Source of the DNA: Verrucomicrobiota bacterium | GTDB taxonomy: Bacteria > Auribacterota > JABMQX01 > JAFGEW01 | Direction of reading: 5' to 3' | Assembly: GCA_016931415.1 (NCBI GenBank) | Contig: JAFGEW010000061.1 | Span: 20,110 to 84,109, forward strand | DNA length: 64,000 nucleotides | Shown here: in pieces, positions 29,880 through 41,690 of the stretch | Position numbering within the stretch: position 1 is the first letter of the stretch | How the letters are laid out: the number at the start of each line of letters is the position of its first letter | Notes under the pieces: generated by a model | Seen by the model: only the letters and a program-made list of their open reading frames with translations | Database searches by the model: none | What the model was told of the DNA's origin: nothing | Program-made: the position numbers and the translations under genes

Positions 29880-30730
29880 CAGATGCCCCGGAACCACTCG
29901 ACCGGTTTATGGAATACTTCGAGGAATCGCTCGATGACGTCCACACCAATGACCTTCGAAGAATACAGCGTTGCCGAGATGACCCCAAACACCATGAGCA
30001 CCATCATCGCCGCCTTGAGCAGGTCCTGTGTCCGAATGCTCGACAGGTGTACGGGCTCGCGCACCAGGTAGGCGTGTGCGGCCAGGTACTCCTCAACGAT
30101 CAGCACGTAGTCGCACGTGGCGATCAGGAACGGGATCTGCATCGGCTGCTCCGTTCCAGAAATCTGCACCGCCCCGAGCTGCTGCGCTGTCTCGCTGAGC
30201 ATCAGCGCCTCGGCGAAGAACGAACCGAACAGAAGCGATGCAGCAACGCGTTCACGACGCATCCAGCCCATCGTGGCCACGGCAAAGTAGAACTGCCCGC
30301 CCGGCATGAACCGGATGTCGTCCTCGTTGAACTCCTCCTGCTTCCCCTCCGAGCGGTAGGCCTCCCGGACAATGTTCACCAATATCGGGATCATCTCCGG
30401 GTAGAGGGTGGGCACGCACAAACGAACGCTGTACCGCGCGCAGAGCCGCGCCGTCCGATCAAGCAGGCCGAACGCTGTCAGGGTCGCCGGCTCCGACATG
30501 CCGCCGATGCCGGGAACAAAGAACACCGGACGCCCCATCTCGACCGCCCGGCCTACCGCCTCATCGATCTTGTCCAGCCCCGCGATCCGGCGCATGAACA
30601 CTTCACCGCCGCGACGCGTCCTGCTCAAGTAGAACAGCAGGCCGGCACCGAACAGGAAGAAGACGAGCCGCTGAAGCCAGGGATCAGGAGTGATGGATAG
30701 GAAGAACAATCCGTTTGTCAGGACGGCCAC
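29879..30730 (-). CDS. Membrane protein with cytoplasmic/soluble core, unknown family (gene 1)
   Basis: 283 aa. GTG start preceded by GGAGAAGG. Two N-terminal TM helices are followed by a conserved-looking soluble segment and C-terminal TM helices. Confidence 0.65.
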   Translation of the reverse strand: MAVLTNGLFFLSITPDPWLQRLVFFLFGAGLLFYLSRTRRGGEVFMRRIAGLDKIDEAVGRAVEMGRPVFFVPGIGGMSEPATLTAFGLLDRTARLCARYSVRLCVPTLYPEMIPILVNIVREAYRSEGKQEEFNEDDIRFMPGGQFYFAVATMGWMRRERVAASLLFGSFFAEALMLSETAQQLGAVQISGTEQPMQIPFLIATCDYVLIVEEYLAAHAYLVREPVHLSSIRTQDLLKAAMMVLMVFGVISATLYSSKVIGVDVIERFLEVFHKPVEWFRGI

Positions 30731-30940
30731 GCTGCCTTCTCCACTGCGTTGCGCGGCATCCTAGGGAACCATCCCCGGCAGCGCAACAAGAAACTGTGCG
30801 CCGTACGCCATTCTGGACGATCTTCCCCTGAAACGCCGATCTGTCCTTGACCTCCACGGCCCGCTGCGCGTACGGTGATACCCGCTGACTGCTGAGCGGA
30901 TGGCCGGCGCGGGGAGGTGTCCTTTTCGTGTTATTTTCGC

Positions 30941-30970
30941 TTGACACCACATCATAGCGCGTCGTAATCT
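30941..30970 (+). promoter_or_regulatory. Candidate sigma70-type promoter for dcd-nrdJ
   Basis: TTGACA (30941-30946), an 18-nt spacer, then TAATCT (30965-30970). An AT-rich stretch TTTCGTGTTATTTTCGC lies just upstream. It sits about 130 nt before the dcd ATG. Confidence 0.45.
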
Positions 30971-31101
30971 GGACCGTCCTCCGGATATTGGGGTGTGGAC
31001 GGTCGCGCGGTGACCGCAGCAGCGACCGCAGAAGGAGTCCTTTTCACCAACAGACACAGGCCGGGGCCAACGTCTCTCCGGCCATCGTGGGACGCGGAGA
31101 C

Positions 31102-31647
31102 ATGAGCGTACTGCCCGATCACCTCATCAGACAGCAGATCAAGATCGAGCCATTCGACGACGGTGGCCGCCATCCGGGAAGAGTCTCCTACGGGCTGAGC
31201 TCCTACGGCTACGACGTTCGCGTCGGCACAAGGTTCAAGGTTTTTTGTGACGTGCACTCTCAAGTTGTTGACCCGAAGCAGTTTTCGGAACGCACGTTCG
31301 TCAACGTCGAGGGCGACCATTGCATCATTCCACCTAACAGCTTCGCCCTCGCCGAGACGGTCGAGGAGATCGAGGTCCCGCGTGGCGTCATTGGCATCTG
31401 CGTCGGCAAATCGACCTACGCCCGTTGCGGCATCATCGTCAACGTCACCCCGCTCGAGCCGGAGTGGCGCGGCCGGATCACACTCGAGATTTCGAACACA
31501 ACACCTCTTCCGGCCAAGATCTACGCAAACGAAGGCATCGCCCAGATCCTCTTCCTCAAGGCCGAAGCTCCTTGCCAGAGGAGTTACCGTGACAAGAAGG
31601 GCAAGTACCAGGACCAGGAAGGCATCACCCTCCCCTTCGTGGAGTAG
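31102..31647 (+). CDS. dcd: dCTP deaminase
   Basis: [13 protein letters not shown]...[11 protein letters not shown]...[33 protein letters not shown] matches the Dcd/dUTPase-fold signature. The ATG at 31102 follows a GGAGA SD. Confidence 0.9.
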   Translation: MSVLPDHLIRQQIKIEPFDDGGRHPGRVSYGLSSYGYDVRVGTRFKVFCDVHSQVVDPKQFSERTFVNVEGDHCIIPPNSFALAETVEEIEVPRGVIGICVGKSTYARCGIIVNVTPLEPEWRGRITLEISNTTPLPAKIYANEGIAQILFLKAEAPCQRSYRDKKGKYQDQEGITLPFVE

Positions 31648-31764
31648 AGCGCTGAGCAGTTGCGGTGCGGGGCTGCGCGGCCCCGCCGAAGCCCTGAAGG
31701 GGCGACAGACGTCCTGGCGACAGGCCGGGGGCGACTGAAACAGATCATTCGAAAGGCCACAACA

Positions 31765-35406
<3,642 letters not shown>

Positions 35407-35428
35407 GAAGAAGAAATCTGACAAAGGA

Positions 35429-35925
35429 GCCCGTTCCAACGGGCTTCTCGACCGTGATCCACAGCGCCTAAGCCCTACGCGCGCACAACAAAGCACGTTG
35501 AAACGCGCTCCAGGCAGCATAACGCCTACCGATGAACCAGCGCTGAAGCGCTGGCCTATGCCAAAAGGAGAAGCCCGTCACGACGGGCTCGTTGATATTA
35601 GAGAAAGCAAGGCTGCGGCGGGCAGCTCATCTTCGAAACACTGCGGGCGGGGCGACTGGGAGTAGCCACGGGCGCCGGTTCTGCGTAGCCTTGGCGAAGC
35701 AGGACAAGCCCGTGGAACGCGAGGCGACCACCCCATTCTCAAAGAGCCCCTTCAGGGGCGACTGATCTCTCCTCCCTCGACGAGGATTTCTGAGAGCGGC
35801 GCCAATGCGTCGCCCGAGCTGTTCTTTCCGGAACGGCCATCGCCCCTGCGGGGCTCCGGATGTCACCCGAATCACCTGATCCACAGGCTTGGCCCGCTCT
35901 GCAGGTTCGCGCCTGTGGCTACTCC
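35429..35925. repeat. Copy A of a ~490-bp hairpin-rich non-coding repeat (upstream of paralogue 1)
   Basis: It aligns by eye with 37663-38145. A core of about 200 bp (35431-35628 vs 37664-37862) is near-identical. It is built of short stem-loops (GCCCGTTCCAACGGGC, CCAGCGCTGAAGCGCTGG, GCCCGTCACGACGGGC, GCCCCTTCAGGGGC, GCCCCTGCGGGGC). Confidence 0.8.
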
Positions 35926-35997
35926 CCGACGCCCCCGATGGAGCTAGGCTTCTGTCTGCCCGACCCGCAAATCGCAGCCAGGGGTCTTGGTCGCGTC

Positions 35998-36026
35998 TTG
36001 ACGCCAGCGTGCTTCCGATGTAGACT
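35998..36026 (+). promoter_or_regulatory. Candidate promoter of paralogue 1
   Basis: TTGACG (35998-36003), a 17-nt spacer, then TAGACT (36021-36026). The CTTGACGCCRGCGT box is conserved at 38266-38279 upstream of paralogue 2. Confidence 0.35.
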
Positions 36027-36097
36027 ATATGCACGGTACATGGAGACCAAGGGGACAAGTTCCTGACGCTCGGTGACACGAAACGAGGAGAGACGTC

Positions 36098-37048
36098 ATG
36101 AAGCATGCATTGACCTTCCTGACTGCCCTTGCCATTGTGGCAACCGTCGCCGTCCTGGTAACCTTCGCCAGCCCGGCCTTGGCGGGGATGGCCCCGGCCA
36201 ATCGCGCCGGCGGAGATCAGGCACAACCGCTCAGCCTGGCCCTCCACCTGCAGAAGGGCGACACGCACCAAATCATCAGCTCGACGCAGGAGTCATGGCA
36301 TCACGCCAGCATCCAACCTGCCGATCCTGTTATTGAAGAGCTGACCATGACGATGGAGACCCTCGACATCGACGAAGAAGGCAACATCACGGCCAAGATC
36401 ACTTACGACCGCTACACCTTCAGGAAAGGACCCGTCAGCTTCGACTCGGATGATCCGAACGGGAAGCCCGACATCTTCCTCGCGGCCAAGTCCGCCATGG
36501 TCGGGCAATCTTTCAAGGCGAAGCTGTCTCCCCGAAACGAAGTGCTCGAGATCATGGACACCGACATGCTCCGGCAAGCCATCTTAGCCAAGGTAGGCAG
36601 CAAGGACGCGGCCATTGACGGCACCCGCGCTCTGAGCGTCATGGGCCTGCTGCGTGACGAAGACACCAAGGAGCATCTGGAATACTTCCTCCCGCCGTAC
36701 TCCGACAAACCGCTGAACGTCGGCGACACCTGGGTTCAACAGGAAGAACTGTCCGGGTCGGTATCCGATTGCACCTACACGCTCGAGTCCCGCCAGGACG
36801 GCATCGCCACACTTCGCGTCAAGGGCGATGTGACTGAGGGCAACACGCAGCTCGGTACGATGAAGGAAGTCTTCAATATCGATGAGGCATCTGGCACCAT
36901 CGTGGAGGCCGTTCTCTGGACGGAAACCACCAGCGAGTCAACCTCGATCAGCATGAACGACAGACATGAGGAGACCCGAAGGGAGATCGTCCCCTTTGTG
37001 CACGGAACCACGACGAAACTCACCTGGCGGAAACTGACCAAGGAATAG
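36098..37048 (+). CDS. Secreted protein, paralogue 1 of a 5-member tandem family (unknown function)
   Basis: GAGGAGAG SD and a signal peptide ending ALA. Shared family motifs are LxLxLxxGDT, (F/Y)DSDxP..., VGQSFKAKLSPRNEVLEI and GDTW. Confidence 0.85.
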   Translation: MKHALTFLTALAIVATVAVLVTFASPALAGMAPANRAGGDQAQPLSLALHLQKGDTHQIISSTQESWHHASIQPADPVIEELTMTMETLDIDEEGNITAKITYDRYTFRKGPVSFDSDDPNGKPDIFLAAKSAMVGQSFKAKLSPRNEVLEIMDTDMLRQAILAKVGSKDAAIDGTRALSVMGLLRDEDTKEHLEYFLPPYSDKPLNVGDTWVQQEELSGSVSDCTYTLESRQDGIATLRVKGDVTEGNTQLGTMKEVFNIDEASGTIVEAVLWTETTSESTSISMNDRHEETRREIVPFVHGTTTKLTWRKLTKE

Positions 37049-37072
37049 GCTTCAAGCAGCCTGTGACAATAC

Positions 37073-37105
37073 CCTTCCCGTGTCCTCGGCGAGGACACGG
37101 GAAGG
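37073..37105 (+). terminator. Stem-loop after paralogue 1 (terminator-like, no T-tract)
   Basis: CCTTCCCGTGTCCTC-GGC-GAGGACACGGGAAGG forms a 15-bp perfect stem 25 nt after the stop. No U-run follows. Confidence 0.4.
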
Positions 37106-37185
37106 AACCCCATTCGTCGGACAACAGATGCACCTGAGGAAGCGAGGCGAACAGGTTCTGACGCGCGAAGCGGAGAGATACCGTG

Positions 37186-37537
37186 ATGCGCATACGCATG
37201 GTGCTCACGACGCTCGTCCTCCCCGATCCCGCGCAGATCTGTGCGGCCCTCATCGGCCAACCCCCCAAAGTAGAGCTCTATCGAGGCGATCGAGAGGGCG
37301 CTGGACGAAGACAACGCGGCCACCACCATCGGCAACAACCTCGATGGCGACGCGTTGGAGACGCTCAATGGAGGCTTCCCCGGCATCGGCGTTCCCACTG
37401 AAAGACGTGTCCTCGGAGACTCTTTTGATCTTGGAGATGCACAGCGCAAGAAAACTGAGGATAAATGGGAGATCATCCTTCTCAAGGATCGCAGCAAGAT
37501 CCACGAGTTCCTCAAAGAGCACGTGACGCTGGCTTGA
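37186..37537 (+). pseudogene. Small gene interrupted by a single-nucleotide frameshift (or assembly error)
   Basis: A GGAGAG SD precedes the ATG at 37186, giving a GC3-rich frame MRIRMVLTTLVLPDPAQICAALIGQPPKVEL. Near 37270-37280, just after a C6 run, coding signal switches to the +1 frame: ...IEAIERALDEDNAATTIGNNLDGDALETLNGGFPGIGVP...KDRSKIHEFLKEHVTLA*, which ends at 37537. Confidence 0.4.
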
Positions 37538-37662
37538 CCCCACATGGTGAGGATATTCGAGCACGCAATCCAGTCATGGAGCGCACAGGAAAGGGAATTC
37601 GCGGCGCATCCAAGACCTCCACGTAATCACACCCGCGTGGAATCCTGAAAACAAATAGCAGG

Positions 37663-38145
37663 GCCGTTTCAACGGGCTTCTCGACCGTGATCCACAGCGC
37701 TTAAGCGCCTACGCACGCACAGCAAAGCACGTTGAAACGCGCTCCAGGCACAATGGGGCCTACCGATGAACCAGCGCTGAAGCGCTGGCTTATGCTAAAG
37801 AGAGAAGCCCGTCACGACGGGCTTCTTGATATTATAGTAGGTAAGGCTGCGGCGGGCAGCTCGCCCTCCAAGCGCTTGGGGTGGGGAGACTGGCAGGAGC
37901 CACCGACGCTTCGCTTCGGGAAGGTGCCGGTCCTGCGACTTGTCCTCCGTAGCCCAGCGGAAGAGGACGCCCTTGGCGAAGCAGAACAAGTGCGTGGAAT
38001 GCAGAACGGCCAAACCATGCTCGAAGAGCCCCGAGAGGGGCGACTGATCACTCCTGCCTCGACGGGAATCCCTCAATCGCCCCTGGCGGGGCTCTGATTG
38101 TTCCGGCCCGGCGCAGACCACGGGATCTCGCCCGTGGCTACTGCC
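37663..38145. repeat. Copy B of the ~490-bp hairpin-rich repeat (upstream of paralogue 2)
   Basis: See copy A. Extra GCCCCTGAGGGGGC hairpins follow at about 38147-38168 and 38250-38269. Confidence 0.8.
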
Positions 38146-38341
38146 AATCGCCCCTGAGGGGGCTTCGGAAGAGCCTCTCGCGTCAAGGAGTTGCACGATG
38201 ACCAGCATTCGCGCCATCACGCTACTGCGGGGAACGCGGGCTACCATCAGGCGCCCCTGAGGGGGCTTGACGCCGGCGTTTCGTCCTCCGATTCCTGTCG
38301 CCCTGTGCCTTGGGGTCCTGTGGTTGTCATCTCCGCACTCA

Positions 38342-38368
38342 TTGGGCGCACCGCCCATGTGCTATACT
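38342..38368 (+). promoter_or_regulatory. Candidate extended -10 promoter of paralogue 2
   Basis: TGC-TATACT (38360-38368) with a weak TTGGGC -35 at 38342-38347, about 45 nt before the ATG at 38413. The alternative is the conserved TTGACG box at 38267-38272. Confidence 0.3.
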
Positions 38369-38412
38369 TCTGTCGGTTGGAGTACCTACGTCCACACACA
38401 GGGAGACATCCG

Positions 38413-39408
38413 ATGCACAGATTGTTCGCAACGACCGCCCTCGTTCTGCTTGCCCTGCTGCTGGCCGGCACGGCGCCCGCCGCCGACACCGTGGAGCTCA
38501 AGCTCCGCCTCGACGAGGGCACGACGTACAAGATGACCATGGCCGTGACGCAGGCAATCACCCAGACGGCCATGGGCCAAGAGCTGAACATCGACCAGAC
38601 GATGGGCTTCGGCATCTCATTCAGAACCACGAAGGTTGACGCCGACGGTGCCATGACGGTCGAGGTTAGGTACGACTCCGTCTCCTTCGAGCAGGACGGT
38701 CCGATGGGCTGGACCGAGTACGACTCGGCCGATCCGCCCGACGAAGTCCCCATGCAGGCCAGAGCCTTCGCGGGGATGGTGGGCCGCGGCTTCAGCCTGA
38801 AGCTCTCGCCTAGGGGCCAAGTCCTTGACATCGAGGGTGTAGATAAGTTTTTCGACGCGGTCATGGAGGCTATGGACCTGCCCGAAGGCCCGATGCTCGA
38901 CCAGATGAAGGAGCAGCTCAAGCAGCAGTTCGGCGAGGACGCCATGAAGCAGCAAGCTCAAATGATGTTTGCGATGCTTCCGGACAAGCCCGTCGGCGTC
39001 GGCGACTCCTGGACCGACAAGATCGACATGTCCGGCATGCTGCCGATGACCGTCGAGAACACCTGCAAGGTCACCTCGATCGACGACGACGGGATCGCGA
39101 TCGATGTGGAATCCACGATTTCGCCCGTCGAGGGGAGTGAACCGATACAGATGGGCGGGGCCTCGATGAAGATGGACCTCAGCGGCACGCAGAAAGGCTC
39201 CATGGAGCTCAGCCGGCAGTCGGGTCTGCCGATCAAGGCCGTCATCGACCAGGATATCGAGGGCACAATAACAGTATCCCAGCCCGGCTCTGCCGAGCCG
39301 ATGTCCATCCCGATCACCATCAAGTCCAAGACCACGATAGAGGGCGGGATCGTCGAAGGCGACACCGCTCCGGCGGAAACAACAGACGCGCCTAAGGACG
39401 CTGAATGA
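38413..39408 (+). CDS. Secreted protein, paralogue 2
   Basis: GGGAGA SD, signal peptide MHRLFATTALVLLALLLAGTAPAA. Motifs are LKLRLDEGTTY, YDSADPPDEVP, VGRGFSLKLSPRGQVLDI and GDSW. Confidence 0.88.
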   Translation: MHRLFATTALVLLALLLAGTAPAADTVELKLRLDEGTTYKMTMAVTQAITQTAMGQELNIDQTMGFGISFRTTKVDADGAMTVEVRYDSVSFEQDGPMGWTEYDSADPPDEVPMQARAFAGMVGRGFSLKLSPRGQVLDIEGVDKFFDAVMEAMDLPEGPMLDQMKEQLKQQFGEDAMKQQAQMMFAMLPDKPVGVGDSWTDKIDMSGMLPMTVENTCKVTSIDDDGIAIDVESTISPVEGSEPIQMGGASMKMDLSGTQKGSMELSRQSGLPIKAVIDQDIEGTITVSQPGSAEPMSIPITIKSKTTIEGGIVEGDTAPAETTDAPKDAE

Positions 39409-40361
39409 GCCGTTCCGTGCGCGTAGTTGCTCTGGCCGTTGTCGTCGCCGTCCTGATACCCGCCGTGGGCCGGGCCGGCGACGACACGGCCGATCTGCGT
39501 CTTCACTTCGAGCAGGGGAAGACCTACACGCTTGTCGTCACCGTCGAGCAGAAGATCCGTCAGCTCGTCCAGGCCGACGGGACGCCGGGCGAGGAGCAGG
39601 TCATCGCCCAGACGGTCACGGTCGGCCAGACGCTTGACGTCGAGAAGGTCGACAAGGACGGCGTCGCCACGGTCAAGGTGACATTCAGCTCGCTCGCCAT
39701 GCGCACGGAAATGGGCGAGTTCAGCATCGAGCACGACTCGGCCGACCCGCCGGACGAGGTGTTGCCCGCGGCCCGGCCGCTCGCCGTCATGGCCGGCCGT
39801 TCCTTCGTCATGAAGGTCAAACCCGACGGCACGCTCGTGGCGCTCGAAGGCGTCAACGAGATGCTTGAGGCCGCCCTCAAGTCGATCGCCCTGCCCGAGG
39901 CCTCCCGGGAACGCCTCCGCGAGAGCCTCGAGCAGCAGTTCGGCCGCCAAGCGCTTCGCGAGTTGATCGAAGGGCATCTGAGCCACATCCCCGGCAAGCC
40001 GGCCGGCATCGGCGACACGTGGTCGCACACGCTCGACGTCGAGAGCGGCTACGCGGCCACGTTCGAGGCGCAGTACACGCTGCGCGAACGCGAGCACGGC
40101 GTCGCCACGATCGGGACTCGGATCAAGCTCACGCCCAACGCCGCTGCCCCGCTGCAGAAGCTGGGCGGCGCCATGGTCCGCTACGAGCTCGAAGGCACAC
40201 AGGAAGGATCGTTCCGCATCGACGAGGCGAGCGGCTGGTACATCGACGGTGCGCTCACCCAGAGGCTCAAGGGCGACATGCTCGTCACCGATCCGCGGAA
40301 GACCAAGACGCTTCGCATCCCCATGATCATCGAGAGCACCATCACGCTCGCGACCGAGTAG
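39405..40361 (+). CDS. Secreted protein, paralogue 3
   Basis: ATGA start/stop overlap with paralogue 2, plus a signal peptide. Motifs are LRLHFEQGKTY, HDSADPPDEVL, AGRSFVMKVKPDGTLVAL and GDTW. Confidence 0.88.
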   Translation: MSRSVRVVALAVVVAVLIPAVGRAGDDTADLRLHFEQGKTYTLVVTVEQKIRQLVQADGTPGEEQVIAQTVTVGQTLDVEKVDKDGVATVKVTFSSLAMRTEMGEFSIEHDSADPPDEVLPAARPLAVMAGRSFVMKVKPDGTLVALEGVNEMLEAALKSIALPEASRERLRESLEQQFGRQALRELIEGHLSHIPGKPAGIGDTWSHTLDVESGYAATFEAQYTLREREHGVATIGTRIKLTPNAAAPLQKLGGAMVRYELEGTQEGSFRIDEASGWYIDGALTQRLKGDMLVTDPRKTKTLRIPMIIESTITLATE

Positions 40362-40379
40362 ACACAGCGCGCACAACAG

Positions 40380-40420
40380 ACGGCCGCCGCATCCCCGAGG
40401 ATACGGCGGCCGTTTCGCAT
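40380..40420 (+). terminator. Intrinsic-terminator-like hairpin after paralogue 3
   Basis: ACGGCCGCCG-(14-nt loop)-CGGCGGCCGT followed by TTCGCAT, which is a weak U-tract. Confidence 0.45.
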
Positions 40421-40502
40421 GAACATTGCTCCCCCCGCGCCGTAGAAGAGGATAGCGTTTCAGGACAGCCGAGAAGACACACGCCGGCACGGGAGGATTC
40501 CG

Positions 40503-41531
40503 ATGAGACAGGCCTTCACACTGCTTGCTGCGCTCACCGTGGCGGTCTTCTTGACCACGGCAATGGCGGCTGACAACGACGCCCTCGACTTGCGCCTTCG
40601 CCTTCAGCCAGGCGACACCTACAAGGCGACCGCCACGATCGAGAGGACCTACGCCGACTGGATCGAAGACGTGGAGACCACCGAGGTAACCGTTGTCGAG
40701 CTCACGTTGACTATGACAACCCTCGACGTGGACGAGGAAGGCAACGCCACGATCGAGATCACGTACGACCGGTACGCCGTCTCGTCGAACGGTGACAAGG
40801 CCGAACGGTTCGAGTTCGACTCGGACAGCCCGCCCGATGAGCTGAACGGCCCGGTCGCCGTAACCGCGGCGCTCGTGGGCCAATCATACAAGGCAAGACT
40901 CTCGCCTCGAGGCGAGGTCCTCACCATCGAAGAGGCCGATGAACTGCGACAGGCACTCGCCGACGCGACACGGCAGGCCGGACGCCTGATGCCGCGCGCA
41001 AGCGCCGAGGTGCTGACCCTACTCGACGACGAGGGGCTTGAAGAGCATCTCCCTTACTGCCTCACCGTCTACCCGGACAAGCCGGCGACAAGCGGCGACA
41101 CCTGGATCCGGCAAGTGAAGCAATCCGTGCTCCTCGCCACGCCTGATAGCGCCACAGCACACAAGGAGTTCCAGGTGAATGTGCCCGCGCTATCCATTCC
41201 CGTGATTGCCGACGCGGCCTACACTCTCGAATCGCGCCACAACGGCATCGCGACGATCAACGTCAAGGAGACCTTCACGCTGGACAAAGACAAGCTGCGC
41301 CCCAGCTTCGCCAGAGGAAACGAGAACGCTGAGAACGCAGGTGAAGGCGAAGCGACCATCGTCATCGACGAGGAAACCGGCGTTCCTGTGGAAGCTGATC
41401 TGCGTCGTGTGATCGACGGCCAGAGGAAGACTGTGCTGGTCGGGCATGATGGCCGTCTCGAGCTAGCGCCGACCCCCACGACGTTCGAGACCACCATAAG
41501 CGTCAGGTGCGAGAGGGTGGCGACGGAGTAG
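40503..41531 (+). CDS. Secreted protein, paralogue 4
   Basis: GGAGGA SD and a signal peptide ending AMA. Motifs are LDLRLRLQPGDTY, FDSDSPPDELN, VGQSYKARLSPRGEVLTI and GDTW. Confidence 0.88.
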   Translation: MRQAFTLLAALTVAVFLTTAMAADNDALDLRLRLQPGDTYKATATIERTYADWIEDVETTEVTVVELTLTMTTLDVDEEGNATIEITYDRYAVSSNGDKAERFEFDSDSPPDELNGPVAVTAALVGQSYKARLSPRGEVLTIEEADELRQALADATRQAGRLMPRASAEVLTLLDDEGLEEHLPYCLTVYPDKPATSGDTWIRQVKQSVLLATPDSATAHKEFQVNVPALSIPVIADAAYTLESRHNGIATINVKETFTLDKDKLRPSFARGNENAENAGEGEATIVIDEETGVPVEADLRRVIDGQRKTVLVGHDGRLELAPTPTTFETTISVRCERVATE

Positions 41532-41552
41532 AACTCGACGTCAACGATCATC

Positions 41553-41598
41553 GAGCGGCCGCCGCATCCTACAGGGTGTGGCGGCCCGTCTGTTTTTG
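41553..41598 (+). terminator. Rho-independent terminator after paralogue 4
   Basis: A GGCCGCC...GGCGGCC stem followed by CGTCTGTTTTTGCGTTT. The stem sequence is related to the hairpin at 40380. Confidence 0.55.
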
Positions 41599-41690
41599 CG
41601 TTTCACGTGGAACCGCGCTGAGGGCTTCTACGTATTCGGGTGCAAGGAACCGCGCTCAACCTGGTACACGGAAGAACGAGGAGAAACAGA

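Noticed and set aside
30731-31101. Cobalamin riboswitch or NrdR operator in the dcd-nrdJ upstream region.
   Set aside because: There is no B12-box-like sequence and no convincing 16-bp NrdR palindrome. Only a weak ATATTGGGGTGT half-site resemblance is present. I report a promoter candidate only.
35627-36271. A 214-aa minus-strand ORF inside repeat copy A, with the similar ORF 37795..38358(-) inside copy B.
   Set aside because: Their similarity simply reflects the repeated DNA. The frames are Arg/Pro/Gly-rich, lack SD sites, run through stacked palindromes and extend into the start of the downstream plus-strand gene. I treat the region as non-coding.
37250-37564. A 104-aa minus-strand ORF in the low-GC patch.
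   Set aside because: It has a GTG start without an SD and mixed third-position composition. The plus strand shows an SD-ATG start and GC3-rich codons, so I interpret the plus strand as a frameshifted gene.
35429-38272. Possibility that the repeated hairpin elements are a CRISPR array or a tRNA/rRNA fragment.
   Set aside because: There are only two long (~490 bp) copies, separated by a gene. There are no short regular repeat-spacer units and no cas genes. No cloverleaf or rRNA-like conserved blocks are seen.
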